From positions 1 through 50,768 of the forward strand of contig JBDRWI010000008.1 of the NCBI GenBank assembly GCA_039802265.1: a stretch of DNA of 50,768 nt. The letters run 5' to 3'. Shown piece after piece: positions 9,839-18,185 of this stretch. The notes under the pieces are model-generated. The model had not been told where the DNA came from, searched no databases, and was given only the letters and a program-made list of their open reading frames with translations. This stretch comes from a candidate division WOR-3 bacterium (GTDB lineage Bacteria > Hydrothermota > Tepidihabitantia > SM23-42 > JAOAFX01). Position 1 is the stretch's first letter; each line of letters starts with the position of its first letter. The position numbers were made by a program, and so were the translations under genes.

Positions 9839-9883
9839 AAAAAAAACGGGGATAGCCACCGATTTCTTTATGGACTATCCCCG
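9839..9883 (-). terminator. Rho-independent terminator of the S8 protease gene
   Basis: Minus strand CGGGGATAG...CTATCCCCG followed by a T run, about 25 nt after the stop codon. Confidence 0.75.
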
Positions 9884-9906
9884 AACCACTCCGCCTCAAT
9901 AAATGG

Positions 9907-12900
9907 TTAGCGCAGCAATATTAACTTACCTGCACGGGATGAACCATTAACCTTTAATGTATAGAAGTAAATCCCGCTGGGCAATATGTCACCTTTTTCG
10001 TCAGTTCCGTCCCAGTAGACATTGTGGTATCCATCCCTGAATTCTCCATCAGTGATTTTCTTGACCAGTGCACCGGTAATGTCGTATACCCTTATTATCA
10101 CCCGGGAGGATTCTTTGAGATTAAATTGAAAACAGGTCTTGCTGGTAAATGGATTCGGATAAGGCGCTTTAAAAATATCAGAACCAATAGAAGATACCGA
10201 GCCTTCCTCTTCAATACCGAACCAGATCTGATCAAAGATACTCTGGGCGGAATCGGCATTCTCATTTATGCTTGAAAGAGATGTTCCACCGACAAAGGCA
10301 AAGGCAACTATCTTTGTCTCCTGCGGATTTAGACTGTAAGGACCGGTTGAGACAACAACCGAGTAGTCGGTGTCAATTGCAACGGAATAGAAATGGAGTG
10401 TTCCGTTCAGAAACTTATAGAAGGTGGTGTCATGCCAGATGTTTGTTGAACCCTGATAGCAATAATTCGTATTGTCCAGGGCACTGACATTTGCCCAGGT
10501 ATAAGGATAGAGCAATTTCACCCCGACATAGAGATTTGGTGTAGAGGGAATCCACATATACGCAAGGCGTCTGATTGTATCACCTGCGGCGCGATTGTTA
10601 TACACCGCACCCATATCAAAGTCCGCAATAATTCCAGTATAGAGATTTGAAACCGTGTTTGTGCCCGCATTTTTAATGTCAAATAGCATTATCACAAAAT
10701 CATCATAACCAGGGGCACTCCAGGCATAACCATGCTGGGTCACGATAATTCCCTTTGGTGCGCTGTGTCCGGAATCGGCATACATTGCCCAGGATTCCTG
10801 GTCTGAAATTGAAGGAGTTAATGTATCAATCCAGCAGCGACCATCAGGAACAGTGGTGCAGCGCCAATCGGTATTATTGGGGCTTGAGCCGGCATTGGGG
10901 AAGTGACGGTCAACAACATAATTGGGTGCATTGGCAAGTCCCAATGAGGAATGGAAGAGTTGATTGGAGCCGGTCTTGGGATAGATAAATCCACTACCAG
11001 CGCCATTTACCTCAAGAAAACCAATCGCACCCTGCTTCGTCACCGTAAGGACACAATTACCCTTATTGTGATTAACATAGTCATACCGTGGCAAGCCAAC
11101 TACAATCTGGAAATTGCAGTTTGTAGTATAACTGCCGCCATTTGAAACAAAATAAACAGTCATCGGAATCACTGTTCCGGCGGGTGTTGATGCTGAGGCG
11201 CTGAATTGGAATAAACCGGATGCAGTCCCACCATTGGCGGTAATTGTACCATAGTCAGCTACCGAATCTAACAAGGTAATATAAGGAGATGTTGTCCTTA
11301 ATGTTCCCTGACCATTTGTGGCGTTGACTGTTCCATCATTTCTTAAGACGACAATTATATTAACCGTCTCACCAGGGTCAACCCGACCGTTGTTGTTGCC
11401 AGTTGCATCATCAATTGTATTTGATTGGTAGACCACATTCGGTTGGTTGATTGTTCCCAGATCCCCGGTCACCACTACTGCATAAGGCTGCGGACCATAT
11501 GGGCAGTTAAATCCGCTCACCCGGACTGTCCAGTTTCCGGTTGGTGGAGAATTCCGTCGCACACACTCTTCAACATTGAGCGTATCATAAGAACCACCAG
11601 TCGTTGATTGACCACCGGAATAGACATTCCCTTTATACTGATTGCCATTGGGGTCGGTTACCAAGAGGTGCAGGTCATTGATGAGCTTTTTACCCGCACC
11701 CGCAGTTGCTGGATAGTCGGTCCAGACAAGGACAACCCGGAAAGGAACAGTGCCTGATACTACATTATAAACATATTCAACATACTGCCCGGTAGAGAGT
11801 CCAACCTGGTCATCAACAATAGCGAGTTTTTTTGTATCACCGGAAAAGTATAGGACACTATCAAGGTCAATCCGGCCCCAGCCAATATTGTTATCCGGAA
11901 CCGTATAACCACTCATTGATGGGTCGGCACTGCAGATAAGCATTGCCTTAACCAGTGCTGCAGAAGGATTGATTGAATCCGCAGGATTTGGACTTCCAGT
12001 AGGATACCAACCTTCTTTAAAGTATTGCCTTACAAGTACACCGGCACCCGCCGCACCGGGAGATGCCATACTTGTGCCTTCATAACCAACATACTGGTTA
12101 TCACCCGCCCCGTAGGCGGAATATACGGTCTGTGCCGGGGCAAGAATTGTCGGTTTCAGCCTCCCATCATCTGTTGGTCCCCGGCTTGAGTAGGTATATA
12201 TGTATTGATAATTTGCCCCATTCTGGCAACCACCAACCGAAACCACATTCTTGGCTGCAGCAGGTGAACCAACTGTATTTGCACCGGGGCCATCATTCCC
12301 GTTTGAGAAGAAGAGAAGAAAATCCTTATGGTCCCACATAAATTGGTCAGACTGGGCACAGGATGCATCATACGCCCCACCGGTTGATGAACCCCAGGAA
12401 TTGGACATTATCTTTACACTACCTGCTGCATTGCCATTATAGGGTAGGATATAGAGGTCATTGAGATTGGGATAGAGATAGACAGCTCCCTGTGAACCGC
12501 CCCCATCAAGGAAATAGATTCTACCCTTTATTGCCATACCATCCCTTGTGGATGTGCCATTGAGTGTATCGTCACCGGTTATTGTGCCCGCGGTGTGGGT
12601 GCCATGATAATAGTTAATTGATTCATCACCAAAGTCGGCATAACCGGCACCGTAATTATTCGCTGGTTTGTAGGCAATTATCTTTCGGTCATTAGGGTAA
12701 TCGCCCCAGGTAGTTATCCAGCTTGATGCAGTACTGCGAAAGGCATAGTGCGATGTCCTAATGCCGGTATCACAGGTACTCAGTAACTGTCCATTTCCCC
12801 GGATGCCCATATTCCAGACCCGACGGTTACCGCTCGTTGCGGTCTGCAAGATCCATTGGACATTGTCATTATAAGTCTGCATTTTGTGCCAGGGTTCAAT

Positions 12901-13518
12901 CCAGTTTACTTCTTCAATCCGGGCAATTTCCGGAATTAAAGAAAGGTCTATTTCTACATTTATTAACTTATCCCATTTTGTCTCGGCGATATCTGTTATC
13001 TTGCCGCCGTTTTCGCTGAGAAATTCTAAGATCGGTTCAAGCGCGGCATCCGGATAGAGCAAAACCCTAATCTTTCCATGGCCGGTTAGATTTTTAAACT
13101 CCTTCTGTCCAGAAATCTTATATGCCGGTTGATATATTCCAATCCAGTCTACAAAATCAAGACGGGAAACCCCATCTCTTGTTGCCTCATCCATTTTAAC
13201 AATAAATGCGTAATTGGGCAGATAGGAGTAAACCTGTGCCCCAATTTCTTTTAGGAGCTGGACATAATCCGGATATACCGGTCCACGACAGTGGAGAATG
13301 TAGTAGTCAGATTCTGATAATCTCAATGACTGCGGTAGTGATGGCTCTCCTTCTTTTATATTGAACCTTATTCCGTTGGAGAAGTAGAGCCAGTCCTTAT
13401 CACCATAAGGTGCAGGGCTGAATTGATGGATTGTTCCACCATCAATCACATAATAAAGCCCTTCCGCGCCCCACACTATAGCTGCAAACAAGGCTAAAAA
13501 CAGAAGGCTTCTCTTCAT
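9907..13518 (-). CDS. Secreted S8 (subtilisin-like) serine protease with accessory domains and FlgD-Ig/T9SS-like C-terminal domain
   Basis: Catalytic motifs DTG, HGTHTAG and GTSMASP; signal peptide; prodomain; C-terminus PNPF...YDITGALVK...WDGTDEKG..LPSGIYF. Confidence 0.93.
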   Translation of the reverse strand: MKRSLLFLALFAAIVWGAEGLYYVIDGGTIHQFSPAPYGDKDWLYFSNGIRFNIKEGEPSLPQSLRLSESDYYILHCRGPVYPDYVQLLKEIGAQVYSYLPNYAFIVKMDEATRDGVSRLDFVDWIGIYQPAYKISGQKEFKNLTGHGKIRVLLYPDAALEPILEFLSENGGKITDIAETKWDKLINVEIDLSLIPEIARIEEVNWIEPWHKMQTYNDNVQWILQTATSGNRRVWNMGIRGNGQLLSTCDTGIRTSHYAFRSTASSWITTWGDYPNDRKIIAYKPANNYGAGYADFGDESINYYHGTHTAGTITGDDTLNGTSTRDGMAIKGRIYFLDGGGSQGAVYLYPNLNDLYILPYNGNAAGSVKIMSNSWGSSTGGAYDASCAQSDQFMWDHKDFLLFFSNGNDGPGANTVGSPAAAKNVVSVGGCQNGANYQYIYTYSSRGPTDDGRLKPTILAPAQTVYSAYGAGDNQYVGYEGTSMASPGAAGAGVLVRQYFKEGWYPTGSPNPADSINPSAALVKAMLICSADPSMSGYTVPDNNIGWGRIDLDSVLYFSGDTKKLAIVDDQVGLSTGQYVEYVYNVVSGTVPFRVVLVWTDYPATAGAGKKLINDLHLLVTDPNGNQYKGNVYSGGQSTTGGSYDTLNVEECVRRNSPPTGNWTVRVSGFNCPYGPQPYAVVVTGDLGTINQPNVVYQSNTIDDATGNNNGRVDPGETVNIIVVLRNDGTVNATNGQGTLRTTSPYITLLDSVADYGTITANGGTASGLFQFSASASTPAGTVIPMTVYFVSNGGSYTTNCNFQIVVGLPRYDYVNHNKGNCVLTVTKQGAIGFLEVNGAGSGFIYPKTGSNQLFHSSLGLANAPNYVVDRHFPNAGSSPNNTDWRCTTVPDGRCWIDTLTPSISDQESWAMYADSGHSAPKGIIVTQHGYAWSAPGYDDFVIMLFDIKNAGTNTVSNLYTGIIADFDMGAVYNNRAAGDTIRRLAYMWIPSTPNLYVGVKLLYPYTWANVSALDNTNYCYQGSTNIWHDTTFYKFLNGTLHFYSVAIDTDYSVVVSTGPYSLNPQETKIVAFAFVGGTSLSSINENADSAQSIFDQIWFGIEEEGSVSSIGSDIFKAPYPNPFTSKTCFQFNLKESSRVIIRVYDITGALVKKITDGEFRDGYHNVYWDGTDEKGDILPSGIYFYTLKVNGSSRAGKLILLR

Positions 13519-13704
13519 TTTACCCCCTTTTTTATCTTTAATTTAAATAAATCTCATTGCTTTTTCCTTGGCTCTCACCTCCTTGTTTAGAGAAGTGGGT
13601 GTTCGGAAATTCCGAAACACCGCATTTTCCGTCATTTGCGAAGCGCTCATTCTTTTAATTACCTCCATCGTTTTATCCCCCACCCTTGAGGGGAAGGTGA
13701 TGAT

Positions 13705-13890
13705 TCAAAATGTTCGCCTCCCATCAATCTCAATAACTAATTTCTTTTCAAAACCGACAGAATCAACCACCTAATCTCCTATCGGCTGCTGTCTCCCAGA
13801 TTCTATTCCTAATTGTTTATCTCGCACCCTATCCCAGATCTTTTTCTCAGCCTCAGTCATCTTCCTTCTTAATCGCTTTATTATTATTTT
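13705..13890 (-). pseudogene. DUF559 (Vsr-like endonuclease domain) pseudogene
   Basis: Translation RLRRKMTEAEKKIWDRVRDKQLGIESGRQQPIGD*VVDSVGFEKKLVIEIDGRRTF* follows the DUF559 pattern; in-frame TAG at 13771-13773; C-terminus lost. Confidence 0.85.
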
Positions 13891-13915
13891 ATCCTTGGAC
13901 GCCAGCCTTATTTTT

Positions 13916-13952
13916 CACCCCACCTTTATCCTCCCCCATCAAAGGGGGAGGA
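13916..13952. repeat. REP-like hairpin TCCTCCCCC-ATCAAA-GGGGGAGGA flanking the DUF559 remnant
   Basis: 9-bp stem; a degenerate partner lies at 13675-13697 on the other side. Confidence 0.65.
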
Positions 13953-14094
13953 AGATTAAAATAAACCTCTTTTTGTTATCGTTGTCTCAATTGTAGCACG
14001 CCAATCCATAAGAAATTCATCACAAAAGATTACCATTAAAATCACATATTTCTGAACACCCACTAGAGGATTTATGGATATTTTCCATATATTG

Positions 14095-14122
14095 ATTATA
14101 GTTCATAATAACTGAAAGTCAA
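14095..14122 (-). promoter_or_regulatory. Sigma70-type promoter directed toward the S8 protease gene
   Basis: TTGACT-16 nt-TATAAT. Confidence 0.7.
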
Positions 14123-14125
14123 GGC

Positions 14126-15241
14126 TCAAAATCTAAACATCAACTGGACATAGGTGTGGTTGTGCATATATTTTTCAGTGGGAAAGTCTCCTTCCATTGC
14201 CTCAACAAGGTAAAACCAGATATTCCGGTAGCGATATTCCAGTCCGATATTTATCCTGCGGTGTCTGATATCTTCATTCCGGCTATTGTATACAAACTCG
14301 CGCTGGGTTCCAAGATGCCACACAAAATTGCCACCGGGGTGAAATTCTAAATCAACGAGATAGGCAAAGCCCCGGCGCCAGTAAGGGATTGTATCATCAA
14401 AATCTTTATAATTGTAAGTAAGATATAATAGTGGGAATAATTTTTCATTCAAATGGTAGCCAACCATTGGCTCGGTAACTATTTCAATCCCCCTCTCCTT
14501 AAAAAGTGCATCACCGGTAATTGTAGATCTGTTCTGATATTTAAGGTCGCATATCCAACCGATGCGCAGTCTACCCATATCCTGCCAGACCCTCGTATAA
14601 AATTTTCTCTTTATACCCTCTTCAGCATAGGAAAAGGGAATGTCGGTAGATTCAAGGCGATACCTTGTTCCCAATTTAGCCATAATAGTAAGTCTGCCTC
14701 CCTGCCAGTTTTTGACGAATTTACCCTGGAATTTAACGGGATATTTTAAATCCTTATAGATTATCTTATCGGGGCCATCCGGGGTATTTTGTAAGGAAAA
14801 ATTACGGTCAAAATCTTCAACCAAAAGAAAACATTCAATATAATTTATATAATCTCTCCCTAAAAAATAGCCAATGCCAATTTCATCATTACCTTTGTAG
14901 TAATGGGTGGTGATAGATAATAAGAGGCGCTGTGATTCCTTTATTTGAAAGAATGGCTGAAAATAATGGTTTGAAATGTGTTCACCATAATCGCCAAGAT
15001 AATGATTCTCATAACGGACTCCCAAGATCTTTGAGAGATACGCCTCATAGCGAAGTTCAAGGTCAATATACCAGTTCAATAAATCAAGGCAGCCCTGACT
15101 GGTGCGAAATCCATTTTTTGATGAATCAAATGCAACCTCCCAAGATGGAAAATAGTGGGCAATTTGCTTATCAAGGAGATACTGACAGTTAGAGTCTTCA
15201 GGTACCGAAGCAAATAGGCAATGACAAAGCCCTAACATCAT
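14126..15241 (-). CDS. Hypothetical protein, probable outer-membrane beta-barrel
   Basis: Aromatic-rich alternating strands, C-terminal YVQLMFRF (BAM-like signal), signal-like segment at MMLGLCHCLFA. The ORF-track start at 15511 overlaps scpA and is unlikely. Confidence 0.6.
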   Translation of the reverse strand: MMLGLCHCLFASVPEDSNCQYLLDKQIAHYFPSWEVAFDSSKNGFRTSQGCLDLLNWYIDLELRYEAYLSKILGVRYENHYLGDYGEHISNHYFQPFFQIKESQRLLLSITTHYYKGNDEIGIGYFLGRDYINYIECFLLVEDFDRNFSLQNTPDGPDKIIYKDLKYPVKFQGKFVKNWQGGRLTIMAKLGTRYRLESTDIPFSYAEEGIKRKFYTRVWQDMGRLRIGWICDLKYQNRSTITGDALFKERGIEIVTEPMVGYHLNEKLFPLLYLTYNYKDFDDTIPYWRRGFAYLVDLEFHPGGNFVWHLGTQREFVYNSRNEDIRHRRINIGLEYRYRNIWFYLVEAMEGDFPTEKYMHNHTYVQLMFRF

Positions 15242-15359
15242 AGCCGCTATTCGAATAAATTTGAGACGCGAATTAAACTCCGTTCTGGTGCCCTGTATCT
15301 TCAACGGAGCAAATTCCACGGGATAATTATTATTAGGCTGGGCAAATCTTAAATGATGA

Positions 15360-16070
15360 TTAATTCTGGCCCCCTCCAACCCCTTCTTCAGCCGTTTTGT
15401 CGCCCTTGTAAAGATATATTTCGCCAAATGTCTCATTCTGCTCAACCTTTGCAAATCCTTCTTTAACCAGTTCCAGCATCCCGAAGAAGTAACCCACGGC
15501 CAAGGAGACATTGTTCTTCTCCTTTAAAAATTGTAAAAAATCTATACGTTGATTTTCCTTTAGGAGATTTTTTATATCCTCAATAATCATTCCAATTGGA
15601 ACCTCCTGCCTCTTTACCAGAAGTTTTGTCTCCTCGGTTGGCTTAAGACTGCGAAAGGCCAGGATTAAATTTGACAACTGTTCTTCCTCAAGCACCACTG
15701 TTGGTTCAACCCGAGCAAATCTCGGAAACTGCCGGTGCGACTCTTCTTCCATAATACCGAACACCCGGGCAATCTCTTTGTATTTTTTAAATTCCTCAAT
15801 TATTTGCATCAGGGTGATTGACTTAACCTCCTCCTCATCGGCCGGGGTTCGGGGTAAAAGTGAACGGACCTTCAGGCGAACAAGGATTGCTGCCATTAAG
15901 AGAAAGTCAGCAGCATCCTCAAGATCTTCTCTCTCAATCTTTTTAATGTAGTCAAGATACTCTTCGGCAACCTGGGCAATAGGAATATCAAATATGTCAA
16001 CCTCTTTTTTTCGGACAAGATAGACAAGCAAATCAATCGGACCGTAATATATCCCGATATCAATCTTCAT
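15360..16070 (-). CDS. scpA: Segregation and condensation protein A
   Basis: YGPIDLLVYLVRKKEVDIFDIPIA...FLLMAAIL..LK.RSLLP...FFGMLELVK...QNETFGEI. Preceded by TTGATT-16-TAAAAT-6-ATG. Confidence 0.93.
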   Translation of the reverse strand: MKIDIGIYYGPIDLLVYLVRKKEVDIFDIPIAQVAEEYLDYIKKIEREDLEDAADFLLMAAILVRLKVRSLLPRTPADEEEVKSITLMQIIEEFKKYKEIARVFGIMEEESHRQFPRFARVEPTVVLEEEQLSNLILAFRSLKPTEETKLLVKRQEVPIGMIIEDIKNLLKENQRIDFLQFLKEKNNVSLAVGYFFGMLELVKEGFAKVEQNETFGEIYLYKGDKTAEEGVGGGQN

Positions 16071-16182
16071 GATTGAATTTTACCCATACAATTGTGAAAA
16101 TCAATACTCACAAATTTAGCGATAAATTCTATTTTTGACATTTCCAAATTTTTCCTTTAATATTTTTAAAATTCACCTCGGC

Positions 16183-17061
16183 TTAAAACATCAATTTTTT
16201 AAATCTAAACCAGAAAGAGCAGTGGCGTTTTAATTCCTTTAGAGTATCTAATGCCGCAATGCGTCCCCTTGCCACCAGTTCATCAAGTGCCTGAAAATCA
16301 GCCCAGTGAAACTCGGAAACATCCGGTTTGATCACGATTTCCGCACGATCAATAATCCGCTGGTCCAGATAGTACCTCATAAATGCTAAAGCCCGCTGGG
16401 TTATCCGGAAACCGGTATCCGGCTCATTCTCAAACCTCGGCTGCCCACCAAGGTAGACCGCAACGACTGTCTTTGGTCTATAGTCTTTCAATATCTCCAC
16501 CGGAATATTGTTTATTACACCCCCATCGATAAGAACATGGTTATCCTTAATCAGGGGTGGAAATATTCCGGGTATAGCACAGGTCGCCCAGACCGCTTCG
16601 GCAAGCAACCCCTTTTTAAAAACAACCTCGGCACCCGAATTGATATCCAGGGCATTACAGGCAAAGGGAATCTTTAGGTCGTCAAATGTAGCATTTCCAA
16701 AGAGTTCAAAAAATAACTTCCGCGTTGACTCAATCCTTGAATGCGACAGCTTGAAAAGGAGTGAACCAAAATAGTATTTTTCAAAAATCTTTTTCTTAAA
16801 CCGCCTCAAAGGGACAGTGTCTTCGGTATAGAATTTATCAAGACCCAAAGCCTTGAAGGAATCGGATTGAATAAAATCGCGGGCAATAAGATGCAAATCT
16901 TTTGCCGAACCTTTGAGACAATATAATGCACCAATTACTGCCCCAATTGATACCCCACATACCGACTTCGGTTTTATGCCATTTTCTTCTAAGACCTCAA
17001 GGACTCCAATATGGGCAAACCCTTTTGCTCCACCGCCACCGAGGGTCAGTCCAAGATTCAT
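16183..17061 (-). CDS. Patatin-like phospholipase
   Basis: GGGGAKGFAHIG oxyanion loop, GVSIG nucleophile elbow, DGG motif. Confidence 0.93.
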   Translation of the reverse strand: MNLGLTLGGGGAKGFAHIGVLEVLEENGIKPKSVCGVSIGAVIGALYCLKGSAKDLHLIARDFIQSDSFKALGLDKFYTEDTVPLRRFKKKIFEKYYFGSLLFKLSHSRIESTRKLFFELFGNATFDDLKIPFACNALDINSGAEVVFKKGLLAEAVWATCAIPGIFPPLIKDNHVLIDGGVINNIPVEILKDYRPKTVVAVYLGGQPRFENEPDTGFRITQRALAFMRYYLDQRIIDRAEIVIKPDVSEFHWADFQALDELVARGRIAALDTLKELKRHCSFWFRFKKLMF

Positions 17062-17087
17062 AAATTATTTTAAGTAAATCTTGTACT

Positions 17088-18185
17088 TCACAAGGTTGGG
17101 ACTATCCCCAAGTTTTTTGTTATACCTTCAATTCTATCAAGGGTATAATCAAGGTCAGCCTTTGTATGCTCTAAGGAGATTATGAACCTAACCCGCTCCT
17201 TCTGAACCTGGGCTATTATTCCTTCATTAAAGAGTTGCTTTGAAAATTCACGCGCCTCTTCATTGTTATTAAATAGAATCACAATAATTGGAGTCTCGCT
17301 CTTGGTTCTTAGACCAATCTGCTTAAGACGGTTTATAAAATAGCGGCTATGACTCCATAACTTCTGAAATGCATTCTTATTGCCCTTCTCATCCTTCAAG
17401 AAGCTCATTCCGGCGAGATTAACCTCAATCATAAATTTGGGAAGAGTTTTATATACACCATTAGTATTCTCAATGATTTTATTAATGAGGTAGCGCTTGG
17501 CGCCAATATAGGCACCAAAACCACCCAGAAACCGGTCGAAACTGCCAATTTCTAAGGTTACATCATCATATAGATAAAAGAGGTCAACAAATCCCCGGCC
17601 ATCCCTGCCCAATAGCCCAAAGGAATTTATCTCATTGGCAACTATAACCGCCTGCGATTCCTTCGCGAGTTTAATAATCTCGGCTACCGGACCGGTATAA
17701 CCGAGCCATTCATAAAGGCCATCAATGATAATCACCTTTTCATTATGAATCGTTAATAGTTTTGCCAGTTGTTCAAGATTTTCGTGGTGATAAAATTCAA
17801 TGTTATTATATAGCCTTAAGACGGTATAGAAACTGGGTGATGTCTCATAATCAATCAGAAAAAATGTCTTTGGTTCAAATAAGGACACAAGGGCAAAACT
17901 CGCTGTGATTTCGTCAGGGAATAATATCACCGATTCCACTTTTTTCAACTCCGACATCGCCACGCGCAGATTTTCCATTGACGCAGAATCTCTATCAGTA
18001 GAGCCCAGTCCATCCGCAAAGAGATTCAGCCGGGCCGTCTCCTTGAGATATTCGTTATTCTTTAAATTTCTAAAGTCAAGCAAGGAAAAATTTAAATATC
18101 GTTTGTTATTATGGATAAAGACCGGTTCGGATGGTAAGTATAGCGGCGACTCCTCTTTAAAGAGACTAACCTGATACGGCCTCAT
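17088..18185 (-). CDS. AONS/serine-palmitoyltransferase-fold (class II PLP) protein with degenerate active site
   Basis: SFGLLGRDGRG, LGGFGAY and SETPIIV match the BioF/Kbl fold, but DEAH reads NEIN and GT(L/F)SK reads GSFDR. ATG at 18185 overlaps the secA stop (ATGA). Confidence 0.8.
   Translation of the reverse strand: MRPYQVSLFKEESPLYLPSEPVFIHNNKRYLNFSLLDFRNLKNNEYLKETARLNLFADGLGSTDRDSASMENLRVAMSELKKVESVILFPDEITASFALVSLFEPKTFFLIDYETSPSFYTVLRLYNNIEFYHHENLEQLAKLLTIHNEKVIIIDGLYEWLGYTGPVAEIIKLAKESQAVIVANEINSFGLLGRDGRGFVDLFYLYDDVTLEIGSFDRFLGGFGAYIGAKRYLINKIIENTNGVYKTLPKFMIEVNLAGMSFLKDEKGNKNAFQKLWSHSRYFINRLKQIGLRTKSETPIIVILFNNNEEAREFSKQLFNEGIIAQVQKERVRFIISLEHTKADLDYTLDRIEGITKNLGIVPTL

Larger units (their letters stand above)
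13594..14064. mobile_element. Non-autonomous element bounded by 17-bp inverted repeats, carrying a DUF559 remnant
   Basis: AGTGGGTGTTCGGAAAT (13594-13610) and ATTTCTGAACACCCACT (14048-14064) are inverted repeats with 1 mismatch; no transposase inside. Confidence 0.55.

Noticed and set aside
9540..9910. Intergenic stretch and 67-aa ORF 9707-9910
   Set aside because: No recognisable family; the ORF runs through the S8 terminator. Possibly decayed DNA, but nothing can be supported.
15242..15511. N-terminal 90 aa of the 461-aa ORF
   Set aside because: Overlaps scpA in another frame and precedes the signal-like segment; probably not translated.
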